Of a DNA stretch of 64,000 nt, positions 35,905 to 48,294 are shown one piece after another. How positions within the stretch are numbered: position 1 is the stretch's first letter; each line of letters starts with the position of its first letter. The stretch is from assembly GCF_006345805.1 (NCBI RefSeq), contig NC_043010.1, positions 186,001-250,000 of the forward strand. The letters run 5' to 3'. The position numbers and the translations under genes are program-made. The notes under the pieces were generated by a model, which worked only from the letters and a program-made list of their open reading frames with translations, was not told the DNA's origin and did not search any database. The DNA comes from Octopus sinensis (lineage: Eukaryota).

Positions 35905-38900
35905 CAGCTGGCTCCAAGCTATTTTTGCGTTTATTAGTAAGTTGATATATTTTTGCTCTCGTACTATTATCTCTGTTATTATATACTGTTGGTCTACCTG
36001 TTTTGTCTATTGTTGTCTAACTGACGAAGTCAGCCTTCGCGCGAAGTCTTCGCGTTGGTGTTCCCCCCTCAGTGGGGGAAAACTACAATTATTTTGGATT
36101 TACCAAGGCTTGTTAAAGCCATTTGTTCAAGATGGAGTCCCCCATCTCTTATTCGCCCGTGACGAGCGAGGATGAATACCCGGCGTTGTCGCCAAGTAAA
36201 AAGAGGCGTTGTCGCCAAGAAAAAAAGGCGTTGTCGCCGAAGAAAAAAGAGGCGGCGTCGCCAAAAAATGGAAAAACCAGTACCAGCATCAACTCCAGCA
36301 AAAAAATTCGCTGAAGTGGCTGGGAAAAGATCAAAAAATAAATATAAAATTAAAAAAATTTGCAGACTGCGTAAAAAAAAGAAGGCACAGAAGTGACTGT
36401 GGCCACAAACATACAAATACATGACGATATAGAGAAAAAAAGAATAATATATAAAACTTACGACACAACGAAAAAAATGATCCAAAAAATCGAAGAAAAA
36501 AAATAGAGTCTTGTCTAAAACCTTTTATGGATAAAATAACGTATATAAACAGAGGAAAAATACGGCACAGTGGAGGTGCGTTTTACTACGGAGGAGATAG
36601 CGAAGAAACTATCGATGGAGCCAATCAAAGCGGAAAACATTGTCTTACTACCATTGTATAAAGGAAAAAGGACGTCGAAAATTTCAATGAACAACATACC
36701 GCCAGAGGCAGATGCTGAATGTCTGGTGGCAGCAGTGATGGTAGGTCTGGAGGAAAAAATAAACATCCTCCAGGCCACAGTGGAGGAAGAGGAGTTTTGG
36801 AAAGGGCAGAAAATAGTGATAGCCATTCAGGCGGAGGTGCAAACACTGGAAGAAATTCCAGAAACGGTAAAGATTAGTGAAGACGAGAAAATAACAGTTT
36901 TCGTGGAGGGCAGGAAGCCGAGGTGCTTCGGCTGCGGCAAGAAGGGTCATGTAAGGGCGGAATGCCAACCCCAACCCAAACCGCAGGAAGCACCTAAGCC
37001 AAAAGAAAAAGAAGATAATGTGTCACCAGAAGCAGCGTCGGACGGCCCAGAAGGGAAGACTGAAGGTGTGGAGGTGACGGTGACAGCAGAACCAGCGGCG
37101 GAGGAAAAAAAGAGCGAGGAAAAGATAAATGAGGAGGGGTGGGCAAAAATTACCGGAAAAAAAAAAGAAAAACGGAAACCACCCCTCCCAGAGTAATTTT
37201 AAAAACGTGTTGGCAGCCATGGCCAAAGTGGAGAAAGTAGTGAAAAAAAACGACTTTGTAATTTACAGAATAGGTCGGAAGGATTACGGGCGGATAAAGT
37301 CAGAATTCTTCCATGACGTAGGCCCACTTAGATTGGATGTGACATCTCCACATATATTCGAGGGCCTACGTCAGACTCCCCCACGAGGCCCAGAAAAAGA
37401 GTTAGAAGAACAAGAGAAAACCGAACCACTGATATAAGGTAAGTAATGGATTACATTTATGTTGGTTGTTTGAATGTGCGCGGCCTGGGAGCAGGCTGGA
37501 AGCAAGGTCGCTTCCTGCATGATATCAGGTCGCGTAATTTAGATGTTATTGTTGCTACAGAAACCCGGTTAGAGGGGCCAAGAGGTCTACTCCCGCTGTT
37601 TGACGGCTACGAGAGTTTTTTCTCTCCTGGCAGTCCTACAGGCGGGAGTGGGGTGTTGGTCCTATTAAAAAGAAACCGGGTTTCTGAGAAAAAGTTAATT
37701 TTTGCAGATCCAGAAGGTAGGCTGGTCGTCATGGATTTGACGTTCAGTAATGGTAAAGTTATCAGACTGGTTGCAATTTACGCACCCAACCATACAGGGC
37801 AAAGTGATTATTTTCGTGAACTAGAAAACTTTCTTGGTACTTCGCATTCATTAGTGGTGCTAGGAGACTTTAACACAATTTACGAAGCGGATGTAGATTA
37901 TGTTGGCTCGTGTCCAGATAGAAAAGGCAACAGTGGCTTCATGGAACTGCTAAGCCGCTTTGAGCTAGCAGATCCTTATAGGCTGGAATTTCCGAACGCT
38001 CCATTGTGGACATGGTCAAACAGCGACGGATCTTCCAGGTCATATTTAGATAGAATACTAATTAGAAAAGTAGACAGTAAAATAGCTAAGTGTCCACAGG
38101 TTTACCCGATCAGCTACAGTGATCATAAAATGGTCACTTGTAAGCTTGACATAGATAAGGTTAAAAATAGAGGATCCGGTTACTGGAAACTTAATACGTC
38201 CCTTTTGGCGATTAAGGAGTACAAAGACCGGATTAGGAATATAATTCAGAGGGCACTATCTGGTACCATCATTAATAACAAATGGTGATACGCCCTCAAA
38301 CGAGCCATCAAGTTTGAGTCTATTAGATATAGCATAGGAGTAGTGGCTAGAGAGGCTAGAAGGGAAACTACTCTAGTTAAGGAATTAGAGGAAGCCATGA
38401 AAACTGGCTCTGCGGCTCAGGTGGCGTCCAAGAGACTGGTGTTAAACCAGCACCTCGAGGCCAAACACATGGGCTGCATTGTCAGGGCTAGAATCCGCCA
38501 TATGGGATGTGAAGGAATCAACGCCGTGAGATGGGCCCGAGTGGTGGAAGCTCAGCATGGTAACGATGCCACGATTCGATCTTTGACGAACCAACAAGGT
38601 GAGTTGATAAACGAACCCGAGGAGATGTGTGAGGCCTTTCAGGAGCACTTCGCTCAGCTTTTCGGTGAGTGCGGCGGACTGGATAGGAGGAGGGCCTTTA
38701 CGGACCTACTCGACGGGCTGCCGCGCTTATCGGGGCGAGATGCGGAGGGCTGTGAAGGGCCAATCACGCCTGAGGAGGTGGTTGAGGCAATGGCGGACTG
38801 CGGCGCGGGCAAGGCGCCGGGTTTGGATGGTCTACCCTATGAGTTATATAAGAGTATGCCAGACTTGTTCGGGCACCTACTGGCGGAGGTCTATGCGAAC

Positions 38901-41084
38901 TGGCAGCAGAACGGGCTTATACCCAGATCTGTGCGCCGGGGAGTAGTGACTCTCGTCAGAAAGGACCCGAGCAAGGGGGAGTGCATTGATAATTTCAGGC
39001 CCATCACTCTACTAAACACAGAGTTGAAGATTTTGGCCAAAGTGTTATCGAAAAGATTGGCGCGTGTCGCGGATGGTCTGATCGGAGAGGCACAGACATG
39101 TGCCGTTCCGGGCAGATCCATTCAGGATAATCTCCATCTAATGCGGTACACTATAGAGGGGTTTAATAGTGATTCTGGCAAGGGTGGGGCACTGGTCCAT
39201 TAGACCAATCTAAAGCTTTTGATAGGGTCGACCATCGTTACCTGGTATCTGCCCTGGCACAGTTCGGGCTGAGCCTTGGCTTCCTCAGGTGGATTATCCA
39301 AATTTATGATAACATCGACTCGGTAGTTCGGGTGAACGGCTTCTTGTCGAAGCCGTTCAAAATCAAACGCTCGGTTCGTCAAGGGTGTCCGCTCTCCCCG
39401 CTTTTGTACGTGATGGCTCTCGAGCCATTACTGCGAAAACTGAGCAGCATCCCGAGACAGCCAGGTAATGGAAAATCAGTGTCAGCGTACGCGGATGACA
39501 TCACCATCATCGTAACCGAAATGGACCACCTATGTAAAGTAGGCAAGGCCATAGAGGTTTACGAGACGGTGACAGGAGCAAAAGTTAATCGCGAAAAGTC
39601 AGTCGGCTTGCAACTAGGCACCTGGAGAGGCAAGTCGATGCCTCCTGACAGCGTCGTGGGACGTTGGACGGAGGGTCCGATTAATCTGCTAGGGGTCTGG
39701 TTCGGTCCAGACCTCCAAATAGAGAAGAATTGGGGCGAGGTAACGAGCAAGGTGGCTGCAGTAGCCAAGACCTGGTCTTGGCGGTGGCTATCCCTGAAAG
39801 GGAGGGCGGAGGTGGCCAATGTGTTTATCGCATCGGTTATCACCTACCGCCTTTCCGTCGTTCCTTGCCCTGATTCGTGGTTGATCAAGTTGGAAAGACA
39901 GCTCTTCTACTTCTTGTGGAAGGGCGGGAAACCACTTGTGAAACGCTCTACTTGCTGTCAACAACCGTTAAAGGGTGGGCTAGGGATGCCTTGGCTGATG
40001 ATGCGCAGACATGCGCTGAGGTTAAGACATCTGTGGCTCTACCTGGATGGTGAACGGGTGTGGTCTTCGCTAGCAAAACTGATGTTTCCCAAGTTCACTA
40101 GTTTCGGTGGATGGGAAACCTGGCTGAATCGTAGATCGAAACTTGGTACTTGGTACACGGAGTGTCGCAAGGCTCTCCTGCTATTCCGTCGCTCGGGCAA
40201 CGCCTGCGGTGGGGGTTCCACCACATTCTTCTATAGAGGGTTGGTAGAGGCGGAATGTGAAGATACCTTGGGGGAAACCCTAGGTCTCGACGATAATCAG
40301 CTGGCCAGTTTGTTCCGACGTACGTTCGAGCCGAGGACACTGGACAACTTCCAGAAGTCTCTGGCATGGCAATGCTACAGAGGAGCTCTACCTGTTCGGG
40401 ATAAACTCGCAAGGCACGGTGGCCAAGACAGTCCGATATGTCCAAGATGCGGGCGGGATAGGGAAACCGTCCTGCACGCTATTGTTCATTGTCCGGACGT
40501 GTCTGAGGTGTGGGTTATGCCGAACACCTGTTGTCAGGTACACGAAGAGTACAGCTGTCGACTGAGTCGATTACAAAAATTGACCCACCGGATTTCCTCG
40601 TGAATGAAGGTAAGTTTCGTTTTCTCGTTGTAGTAGCAATTGCGAAAGAGGTGATATGGAAGACGAGAATGAAAGGTTTACAGTCAGGCAAGTTCATCTC
40701 CGGCCCTGGTTTGATGATTATTTCATCTTTCACCTGAAAAGGAAGATAGGGCTGGAGAGAATATGCCTGACTAGGAGAGTGTATGAAGAACGATGGAAGG
40801 ATGTAGCACGAAAGTTGCGAGTGAAAGATACAACATAAATGTAATACCAAGCGCAACCAAAAGTATCAGTGGGGAGGCGGGGCTCGTAGGGTCCGAGCTA
40901 AACCCGCACCCACTCCACCCGTAATGTCTTCCGGTCTGTCCCATCATTCGATTTCTGTCCATTTATTGTAATTCATGAAAATTTTTAAATCCGATTTATT
41001 GTAAAAACCCACTCGTTTGTCTGACCCCATCATCAGATTGTATTGTCCCATCTATGTTCGCCTCTTGTGGGTAATAATAAAACA
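35905..41084 (+). mobile_element. Array unit B2, full-length Tx1/L1-clade non-LTR retrotransposon
   Basis: Near-identical to B1. ORF1 ends at 37437 and ORF2 spans 37446-40838. Confidence 0.92.
37446..40838 (+). pseudogene. B2 ORF2: APE, RT, CCHC; interrupted
   Basis: Intact endonuclease (37446-38288), premature TGA at 38286-38288, and 1-nt frameshifts near 39200, 40517 and 40717. Confidence 0.9.
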
Positions 41085-41395
41085 ACCTGGAGGAAAGCAC
41101 CTTCGAAAAGTGTCTTGGTGCGTCTATGAAAGATATCTAACCAGGGGCGGTAAATTCGCCACAATAGAAGTAATGTTCGAGTCAACGGAGCGTGCAAGGG
41201 AGTACTCGACTCGAACTTGCAAAGTGGAAATATTTTATTTTTACCTTTATATCTAGGATGTAGGATGTCTCGGATAAAAATTTAAAATGCCCCCCCACTC
41301 AGAAGTAGAGGTAGGCTGGATTGTAGCCACACTTCTATACAAGAGGGACAACAAGATACAATTGATCGAAATTACAAGAGACGGGCTTACAATTC
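41085..41395 (+). pseudogene. Host Tx1-type ORF1 (lineage D), right part
   Basis: LEESTFEKCLGASMKDI / LTRGGKFATIEVMFESTERAREYST / LPLYLGCRMSRIKFKMPPHSEVEVGWIVATLL is collinear with A and B ORF1. Confidence 0.75.
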
Positions 41396-41535
41396 CAGTC
41401 AGTTATATATTTTGAGTATTGTTATCACTAGCGATATCAAGATATAATTTTGTGTTTTGTATTTTATGTGTAGATGTATATATATATAGATGTACATGTA
41501 ATATGTACACATATATATACACATATATACATGCA

Positions 41536-41775
41536 CTAGCACTATGACCCGGCAACGACGGGTCATAATGTGGTCAAATCTAGTAGGTGAGGAATTAATG
41601 AGAAGAAAGGGTGTGGAGATGTTCTGTGTGACCAAAGCTAATGTTCTGAATATTTTAAGAATACAGGGTGTATTTTTTTGGGTGCGAGACAATACCTACC
41701 TAAAAGCATGTATGTGTATACAGAACATCTCCACACCCCTTGTTCTCATTAATTCCTCACCTACTAGATTTGACC
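41536..41775 (-). mobile_element. Helitron-like 3' terminus with adjacent 56-bp inverted repeat
   Basis: The minus strand has the 9-bp hairpin TATGACCCG-N7-CGGGTCATA, then GTG, then CTAG|T. Inverted arms at 41572-41627 and 41720-41775. Confidence 0.55.
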
Positions 41776-42239
41776 GCAGCCTGACCTGGATTTATTCCAA
41801 CGGACCTTTTGTCGGCCCCCACCAAACCCCCGATTTCAACGTACATTGATAAACATTTTACCCATGGGCTCTTAAGGAGCGTCCTCGTTCGAATTGCTTT
41901 GCAGCGCCTTTGTTTTGTTTTGTTCTAACAACGTAATTCCTGGTTTTTCCTAAAGAGAAAGCTGCAATATGGTATCCTTATTTAATCAGAATTTGGAAAA
42001 TTGTGGCCTTTGAAACATGTGTAGAATGTAATAAAAGGAATTCTGTACAATCTTCGTTCAACTCCATTTCTTCCATTCACTAATTATATTAAACTTCAAT
42101 TATCCGCACCAACGCACAGTTGCAACACCATATGGTCTTATCTCCAACCATGTTTTTTCTGCTGTGATTTTTGCTACCCAGGTATTGGTTAAACTTTTGA
42201 ATAATCCGTAACAAGATAATTCATCTTTCTATTTCAACA

Positions 42240-42285
<46 letters not shown>

Positions 42286-42316
42286 ATATGTATATATGTA
42301 TACACACACACATATA

Positions 42317-43203
42317 TGAGGATGTACCCAGAAGAAATTGGAATTTGGCAATATTTTATTCACTTAATTTTATATGCTTACACTTTTTTTGCCTTCAAAG
42401 TATTCTTCATTTGAAGCAATGCATCAGTCCAGGCATGTCTTCCACTATTTGAAACAGCACTGGAACTCTTGTGAAGTGATGCTTTTAATGCCTTCATTGT
42501 TTTTTCCTTCACCTCTTCCACCTCTGCAAATTCCATGGCACCAGCTTCCATCACCAGTGAAAAAAGGTCCAGATCAATTACCAACTGTTCTTTCAGTTTA
42601 CGACATGCATTCAGTTGTGACCACTTTTGCTCTTCCATGAGCAAGTGAGAGACACAAATTTTACTGCAGCACTTTTCATTCATGATTCCTTGCTCAAAAT
42701 TCATTGGCAGGAGCTTCAAGACACACCAGTTATATCAACAAGTTCATCAATTGTTCATTGATGGTCCTCCAAGGTCAGTTCATGAATTTCCATGATGTTT
42801 TCATTTGTTTGGGAGATCAACAATCATCCTGAACAAGGTTGAACTTCAAGCAACAAGTGATCATTCCTAAAGTATGGAAACCACTTGTGTTTTGCTCATA
42901 ACAGCGTCTTTGTAGGCTGTTTGAAGTATGACAACTGTTTCAGCTGCCGTTTTCCTCAGCAGAAAATAGAATTTTACAGAAGCACGTTGTTCCTTTATTT
43001 CAGCCATCACAGAAATTTGATGAACAGGGGAGAAACACTGCAAAACAAAGATGTGCCACATATCAGTACAACCTCACATGACAACACCAGTCAGCAGACT
43101 GGTGCCTGAGGGTTGCATGAAGTAGCTTCTAGCAACAGAAGCCTCAACTATAATGGGTTTGTCCCACAGAGAACATTTCCAGTTACTTTTGGGTACCCCC
43201 TCA
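42317..43203 (-). mobile_element. Internally deleted mariner transposon
   Basis: TIRs TGAGGATGTACCCAGAAG and reverse-complemented TGAGGGGGTACCCAAAAG. N-terminus EQRASVKFYFLLRKTAAETV, then TGDGSWC joined almost directly to the C-terminal EYFEGK, so most of the catalytic domain is missing. Confidence 0.8.
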
Positions 43204-43212
43204 CACACACAC

Positions 43213-43500
43213 AAGGATTGGCTGAAAAGTTCAGCGGCTGGCAAAGATGCTCTCATGGAATGTAACCAACTGAGGTTTATTTCTCAACATAGCCCCAATT
43301 GCAGTTCACTCACTTCTCCCATGGATGTTGCAGTGTGGATCCCATTAGTGAAAGAGCTTTTGTCCTGCTGGTCAAAAATGTCATCAAAAGCAGATATGAT
43401 GTTGGCATCACTGCAATACTGGTTCCCAGCCAAGAGTGTTTCATGTTGGGCAACTGATGATAGTCAGATGGGGCTCAATCAAGCAAATAGGGAGGCTGAT
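43213..43500 (-). mobile_element. Second mariner 3'-end fragment
   Basis: GATTGGCTGAAAAGTTC TIR-like end and a minus-strand GYVEK-stop C-terminal motif. Confidence 0.5.
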
Positions 43501-43759
43501 TAAACAGTTTAAAACCAGTCATACACTTGTTGTTACGCATAGATAGAAATTGAAATTGAAAAGAGGTCTAGTTAAAAATATGGACTACTTATAGTGTTCA
43601 TATTATCTGAAAATGACATTTTGGGTCTGTTGGTATTGTAAAATATTTTATGAGGTCATTGTTTGTCTGCTTCATACAAAATGATAATAAAAATAAACCA
43701 GTGATTGTAAAAATTTAAGATGCTTATAATATTTTAAGAAAAGGTGTCCATCTTTACAT

Positions 43760-43888
43760 ACTGAGGTTGACTTTGTCTTTCATCCTTTCAAGGTCAATAA
43801 AATAAATACCAGCCAAGTACTGAGGTCAATGTAATCAACTTACACCTTCCCCGAACTTGCTGGCTTTGTGCCAAAATTTGAAATCAGT
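43760..43888 (+). mobile_element. Partial SINE, family S1
   Basis: 3' half of the 18228-18441 repeat. Confidence 0.6.
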
Positions 43889-44122
43889 ATTTTAAGAGGG
43901 GATTCTAACAGCACAATTTTTTTTAGACTGAGTAGTAAATAAGGGAACAATCTTGCAGCTGGCGATTTTGGTAGTGAAGCGGAACTTGATTTCTATTATT
44001 GACTGACATTCCCTGGATTTTGTAATTTAACTTCAATATACAGTGAAATATTGTATTTGTTACAAGACAATGTTGATTATTGTAACAGTTTGTATTTAAA
44101 ATAGATATAGGAAGGATGAGTA

Positions 44123-44187
<65 letters not shown>

Positions 44188-47032
44188 TTAGCAACTGTTT
44201 TTGTTTTAATATCAACAAATTTCTGAACACCCAGAGAGCAAAATGTGCAAATAATTCTGGACTGTATTGGTAAAAGATATAAGGTAACTCTCAACTAAAT
44301 TGGAGTGTTTAGTAATGGGGATGTGGTGTGAAATAAAAATAACTCTCATTTGATAGTTGTAGTGGTGACAGATACAGGTAACTCTTTACTAAACATAAGA
44401 GTAGGGTGGGAAAGTAGTGGTTAAAAGTACAAATATTAAACTGAAATAGAATTTCAAAGGTAAATGTAATATTTGGAAGTAATAATGATGCATATATTGA
44501 AGGTGACCAACAGAAATAGTTGTGTCTATTTTTACGAAGTAATCAGGTGAAATTTGTTTGAACAGGAAAGAACTTTTATCCTCAGAATCATCAATATTTG
44601 TGTGACTGAAATGAGATAGACAAGAATAACAATTGTGAACGTTAGAATTTCTAGTAAGAAATATTGGACAAAATACTCCGTGGTATTTCATTACATTGTT
44701 TTATGGTGATAAAATAGTTACCATCAAGTACTGGGTTCAATATAACCCACTGTAACCTTGAAGGTAGTGTTCCAGTATGGCCATAGTCCAATTTCTGAAG
44801 TCAGTAAAAGGATAAAAGAATTTATAAGAAATATTAAATAAAAGGGATTGAACGTTTTTATTAATTTCCATAAGTATTTAGAATAGATCATTATTTTTTA
44901 AAATCTATATATAAAGTTATTGGTCTGTTGGATATGAAAGGAATTAACCAGATTAAACTAGTTTTACCAGGAGTGTGGTTAGTACTGACTCAACAGATTT
45001 ATGATTAGAGACACTCCAAAAGTCCAATTTGTCCAACTTATTTAAAAGGGTCGGGTGTGTCTTGAGGGTTTTAATTGGTATTTCTAGCAGTTTGGGCAAC
45101 TGTGTAGAAGGTCTCTGGTTGGTTTGTATATTAACATGTCATGGTTTACATTGAGAACAGTTGATAAAAAATGTTGGAATAGAATCTTTCCTTTCAAGAA
45201 CCAGAAAAATGCCCTGAAATAAAATTCATTCCCCAATTCTGTTTCATCCAGTTTTGTTAAGAATATCTGCTTTAAAATTCTTACAAAAAATACTGAAATA
45301 AATGCAGCAAATATAAGAATTAAATAATAATTTTATTTGATGATAGGTAGCTTTTGGGTAAATGTCTGAGGCAGCCACACTGCATAGATTATAGTTAAAG
45401 TCTGTTATTGTCCATTCTCTTTCTTCTTTATCAATTTCTCTGTTGACTAGTTCCAACCATGTCAACTTCATTCTTAAGTCTTTTTCAGTCAACTTGCCAT
45501 CTTCTTTTCTTTCTCTTTCATATTTACTGGAGTCTATGGCAACTGTTTGCAGATTAGTATTTAAATATTTTGAGTGAAATAAACTCTAAAGTTTGATGTG
45601 AATACTTTGGTAAAAACATTATATTACAACAGACTGCCATCTCTCACATTTTCCCTCACTCACTCTCTTTGGTTTATTATTATTATTACAATGGTATTCT
45701 TACTTTCTCCGCAGCCAGTTTTAAAAGAAAAAAGTAGAATGTTGCAACACATACACATATTGATTTAAGGATGTCATGTCACTAACATGGAGCAATAGAA
45801 ATATTTCAAAATGGAAACCTGACAAATATTTAACATGATTACACCTGTTAAAACAATTGGCTTCTTTATGATTGGCAAAGGTAGGATATTGTAAGAAATT
45901 AGCCAAACTGAAGTCCCTTTTAGCAAGTAGTGAATCACACACTAACTAGTTCCTTTTATGACTAGGTTCAGTGGCATGATATGTTTGGATAGAATAAAAG
46001 GACAAGTATATTGATATTTTTCATGGTTTCAGTGGGTGAGGTAGTGGGGGGAGACACTGAAACTCAGATAAAGTCTTGAATTGGTGGGGTCTAATTACCA
46101 AAAATCATTGTATGTAATTGACAAGTATATTAAGTGCTCAAAGGGTTTGCACTTATTCTGAATCTTAAACCCAGAGATTATGATAAAACCCACTAGTGTA
46201 TATTGTTGTGCATGTCTTCGGTCATCCCCCCCCCCCTATAGACTCAGTCAGTTTATGGGATTCAAGCCACATACCAGGCAATGGCTGTATATCTAAGAAG
46301 TCTTTTTTAAGCTGACACTGCAAGCTTCTTGTTCTGCACGTAGACAATAGGAAACTTCACAGCCTCGCCATGGATCACTACCTTAAGAGGAAACATTCAG
46401 TGATGTCCCAACAACCAACAGATTATAAGACATTACTACACCATTAATGATATTTTATTGCCATTTTGTAGGCTTACAGCCAAAGTTCATCAGTTTCACC
46501 AACCAATGGAGATGGATTGTCAGCTTAGTGACTTACTGTTCATTCAGCCAAGTAGTCAGTAGTTCATATCCTATCATTGGTACTGCCCACTGTCCATTCC
46601 CAATGCTGTAAATAAATTGTTACTTAAACAAAGATATTCCAGTTTTCACCATCTTATCTTTTATTCAGGTGGTGTGTATAAAGGGACATTTTATGTAATG
46701 TGTCCTTCTCCTGTACAAGATTTGACTGCTATTTCTAGCAGATGGAATGCATACACAGAAGATTATTGATGTTGTGCTGCAGTATAAGTGATCAAAGTTT
46801 CATTGGCTGACCAGGTTGAATTCATTCAAAGCCTCCTGCAGGCAAATTAAAATTAAATGCAATACCCAAGCTACCTGTCCAGGTTGTGGAGAGGTAGATG
46901 CATTTTATCTTTCAGCTGTTTAACATCACTGAAATGCTTTTTAGATCCTTAGGATCAGTAGCTCACTATTTCTTTTCTTTTTTTGATCAATAAATCATGA
47001 AATGGGGGTCAGATTGAAACAGTAACAAATCA

Positions 47033-47086
<54 letters not shown>

Positions 47087-47507
47087 GTGTAGATAGACAG
47101 ACAGACAGACAGACAGATAGATATTCCAGTCACCGGGTATCAAAGAAAAAAATTAGGATTTCTTGATCAGCTGTTAATCTCTTTTACATATTCTTCACTG
47201 GATTCAAAATTTATCCCAACTCTTCAGAAACATAAACAAATAAATAAATATTTTTAAAAACTGGAAACAAATAAACAAATGATTACATAGTTATTAGGAA
47301 AAAAGAAAGCATAATCAGGTATCAAGGTGAGTGACTCAGAAACCAGAAACGAGTTTGTTGATTGAGAAAGAGGACATGATGAGTTCATTTTAGAGTTCTG
47401 ATTTGGGGAGTGAAAATGTGTGTGTCTGAATATATACACACACACACAGATATATATATATGTATATACCTAAAATATACTCACTCATGTATGTATGTAT
47501 GTATATA

Positions 47508-47551
<44 letters not shown>

Positions 47552-47586
47552 CATATAAGAGAGAGGGTACGTATGCCGCTATATAT

Positions 47587-47871
47587 AATACAAACTGGAA
47601 CAAGAACGCAAAACATTTAGAAGATGATACAAAAAACACGGATGGGACATTCAAAGCCTTCAATCTTCAGTCAAGAACTGGATCATCCTCGCAATTTCGG
47701 CTGATTAATCTTGAGTTTGGAGCAATCTGAGATTGGAGCAATCTCAAGATTAATCAGCCGAAATTGCGAGGAAGATCCGGTTCATGACTGAAGATTGAAG
47801 GCTTTGAATGTCCCGTCCGTGTTTTTTGTATCATCTTCTAAATGTTTTGCGTTCTTGTTCCAGTTTGTATT
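47587..47871. repeat. 285-bp fold-back palindrome (MITE-like) within TA tracts
   Basis: Arms 47587-47715 and 47743-47871 are reverse complements with few mismatches around a 27-nt centre. Confidence 0.85.
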
Positions 47872-47890
47872 TTTTTATATATATATATAT

Positions 47891-48140
47891 CGTGATCACA
47901 TGACCAACCAGGCTATCAGATGTTGTTATACATCACTGGTCACAATGCACATTTGCATTGTTTTAGCCTTCTAATGACACCATCTCGCAGGCTAGGCAAG
48001 CAGGCCAACATTCAACCCTGATCAAAAGTGGAGACTGGAGCAATGTGAAATGAAGTGTTTTGCTCCAGAACACAATGCGTTGCCCACGATCTAGCGATCA
48101 CGAGTGCCACAGCCTAACTTCTAGGCCACGTGCCTTCACA
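47891..48140 (-). mobile_element. tRNA-derived SINE sharing its 3' tail with 51766-52065
   Basis: Reverse complement of the tail CATCTGATAGCCTGGT.GGTCA..TGATCACG, with a tRNA-like head near 48140. Confidence 0.6.
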
Positions 48141-48186
48141 TTTGTATATGTGTGTGTGTGTTATATATATATACACACACACATAC

Positions 48187-48219
<33 letters not shown>

Positions 48220-48294
48220 TTGTATATAATCAGGCGAACTACAAGGAATCTTGTGTAGCTCTGTGTCAGCAAGACTTGAAAAAATATAGAAAAA

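Noticed and set aside
22021-41084. CRISPR-like or prokaryotic repeat-spacer reading of the recurring 18-mer
   Set aside because: The intervening sequences are 1.6-5.2 kb near-identical retroelement bodies, the context is eukaryotic, and there are no cas genes.
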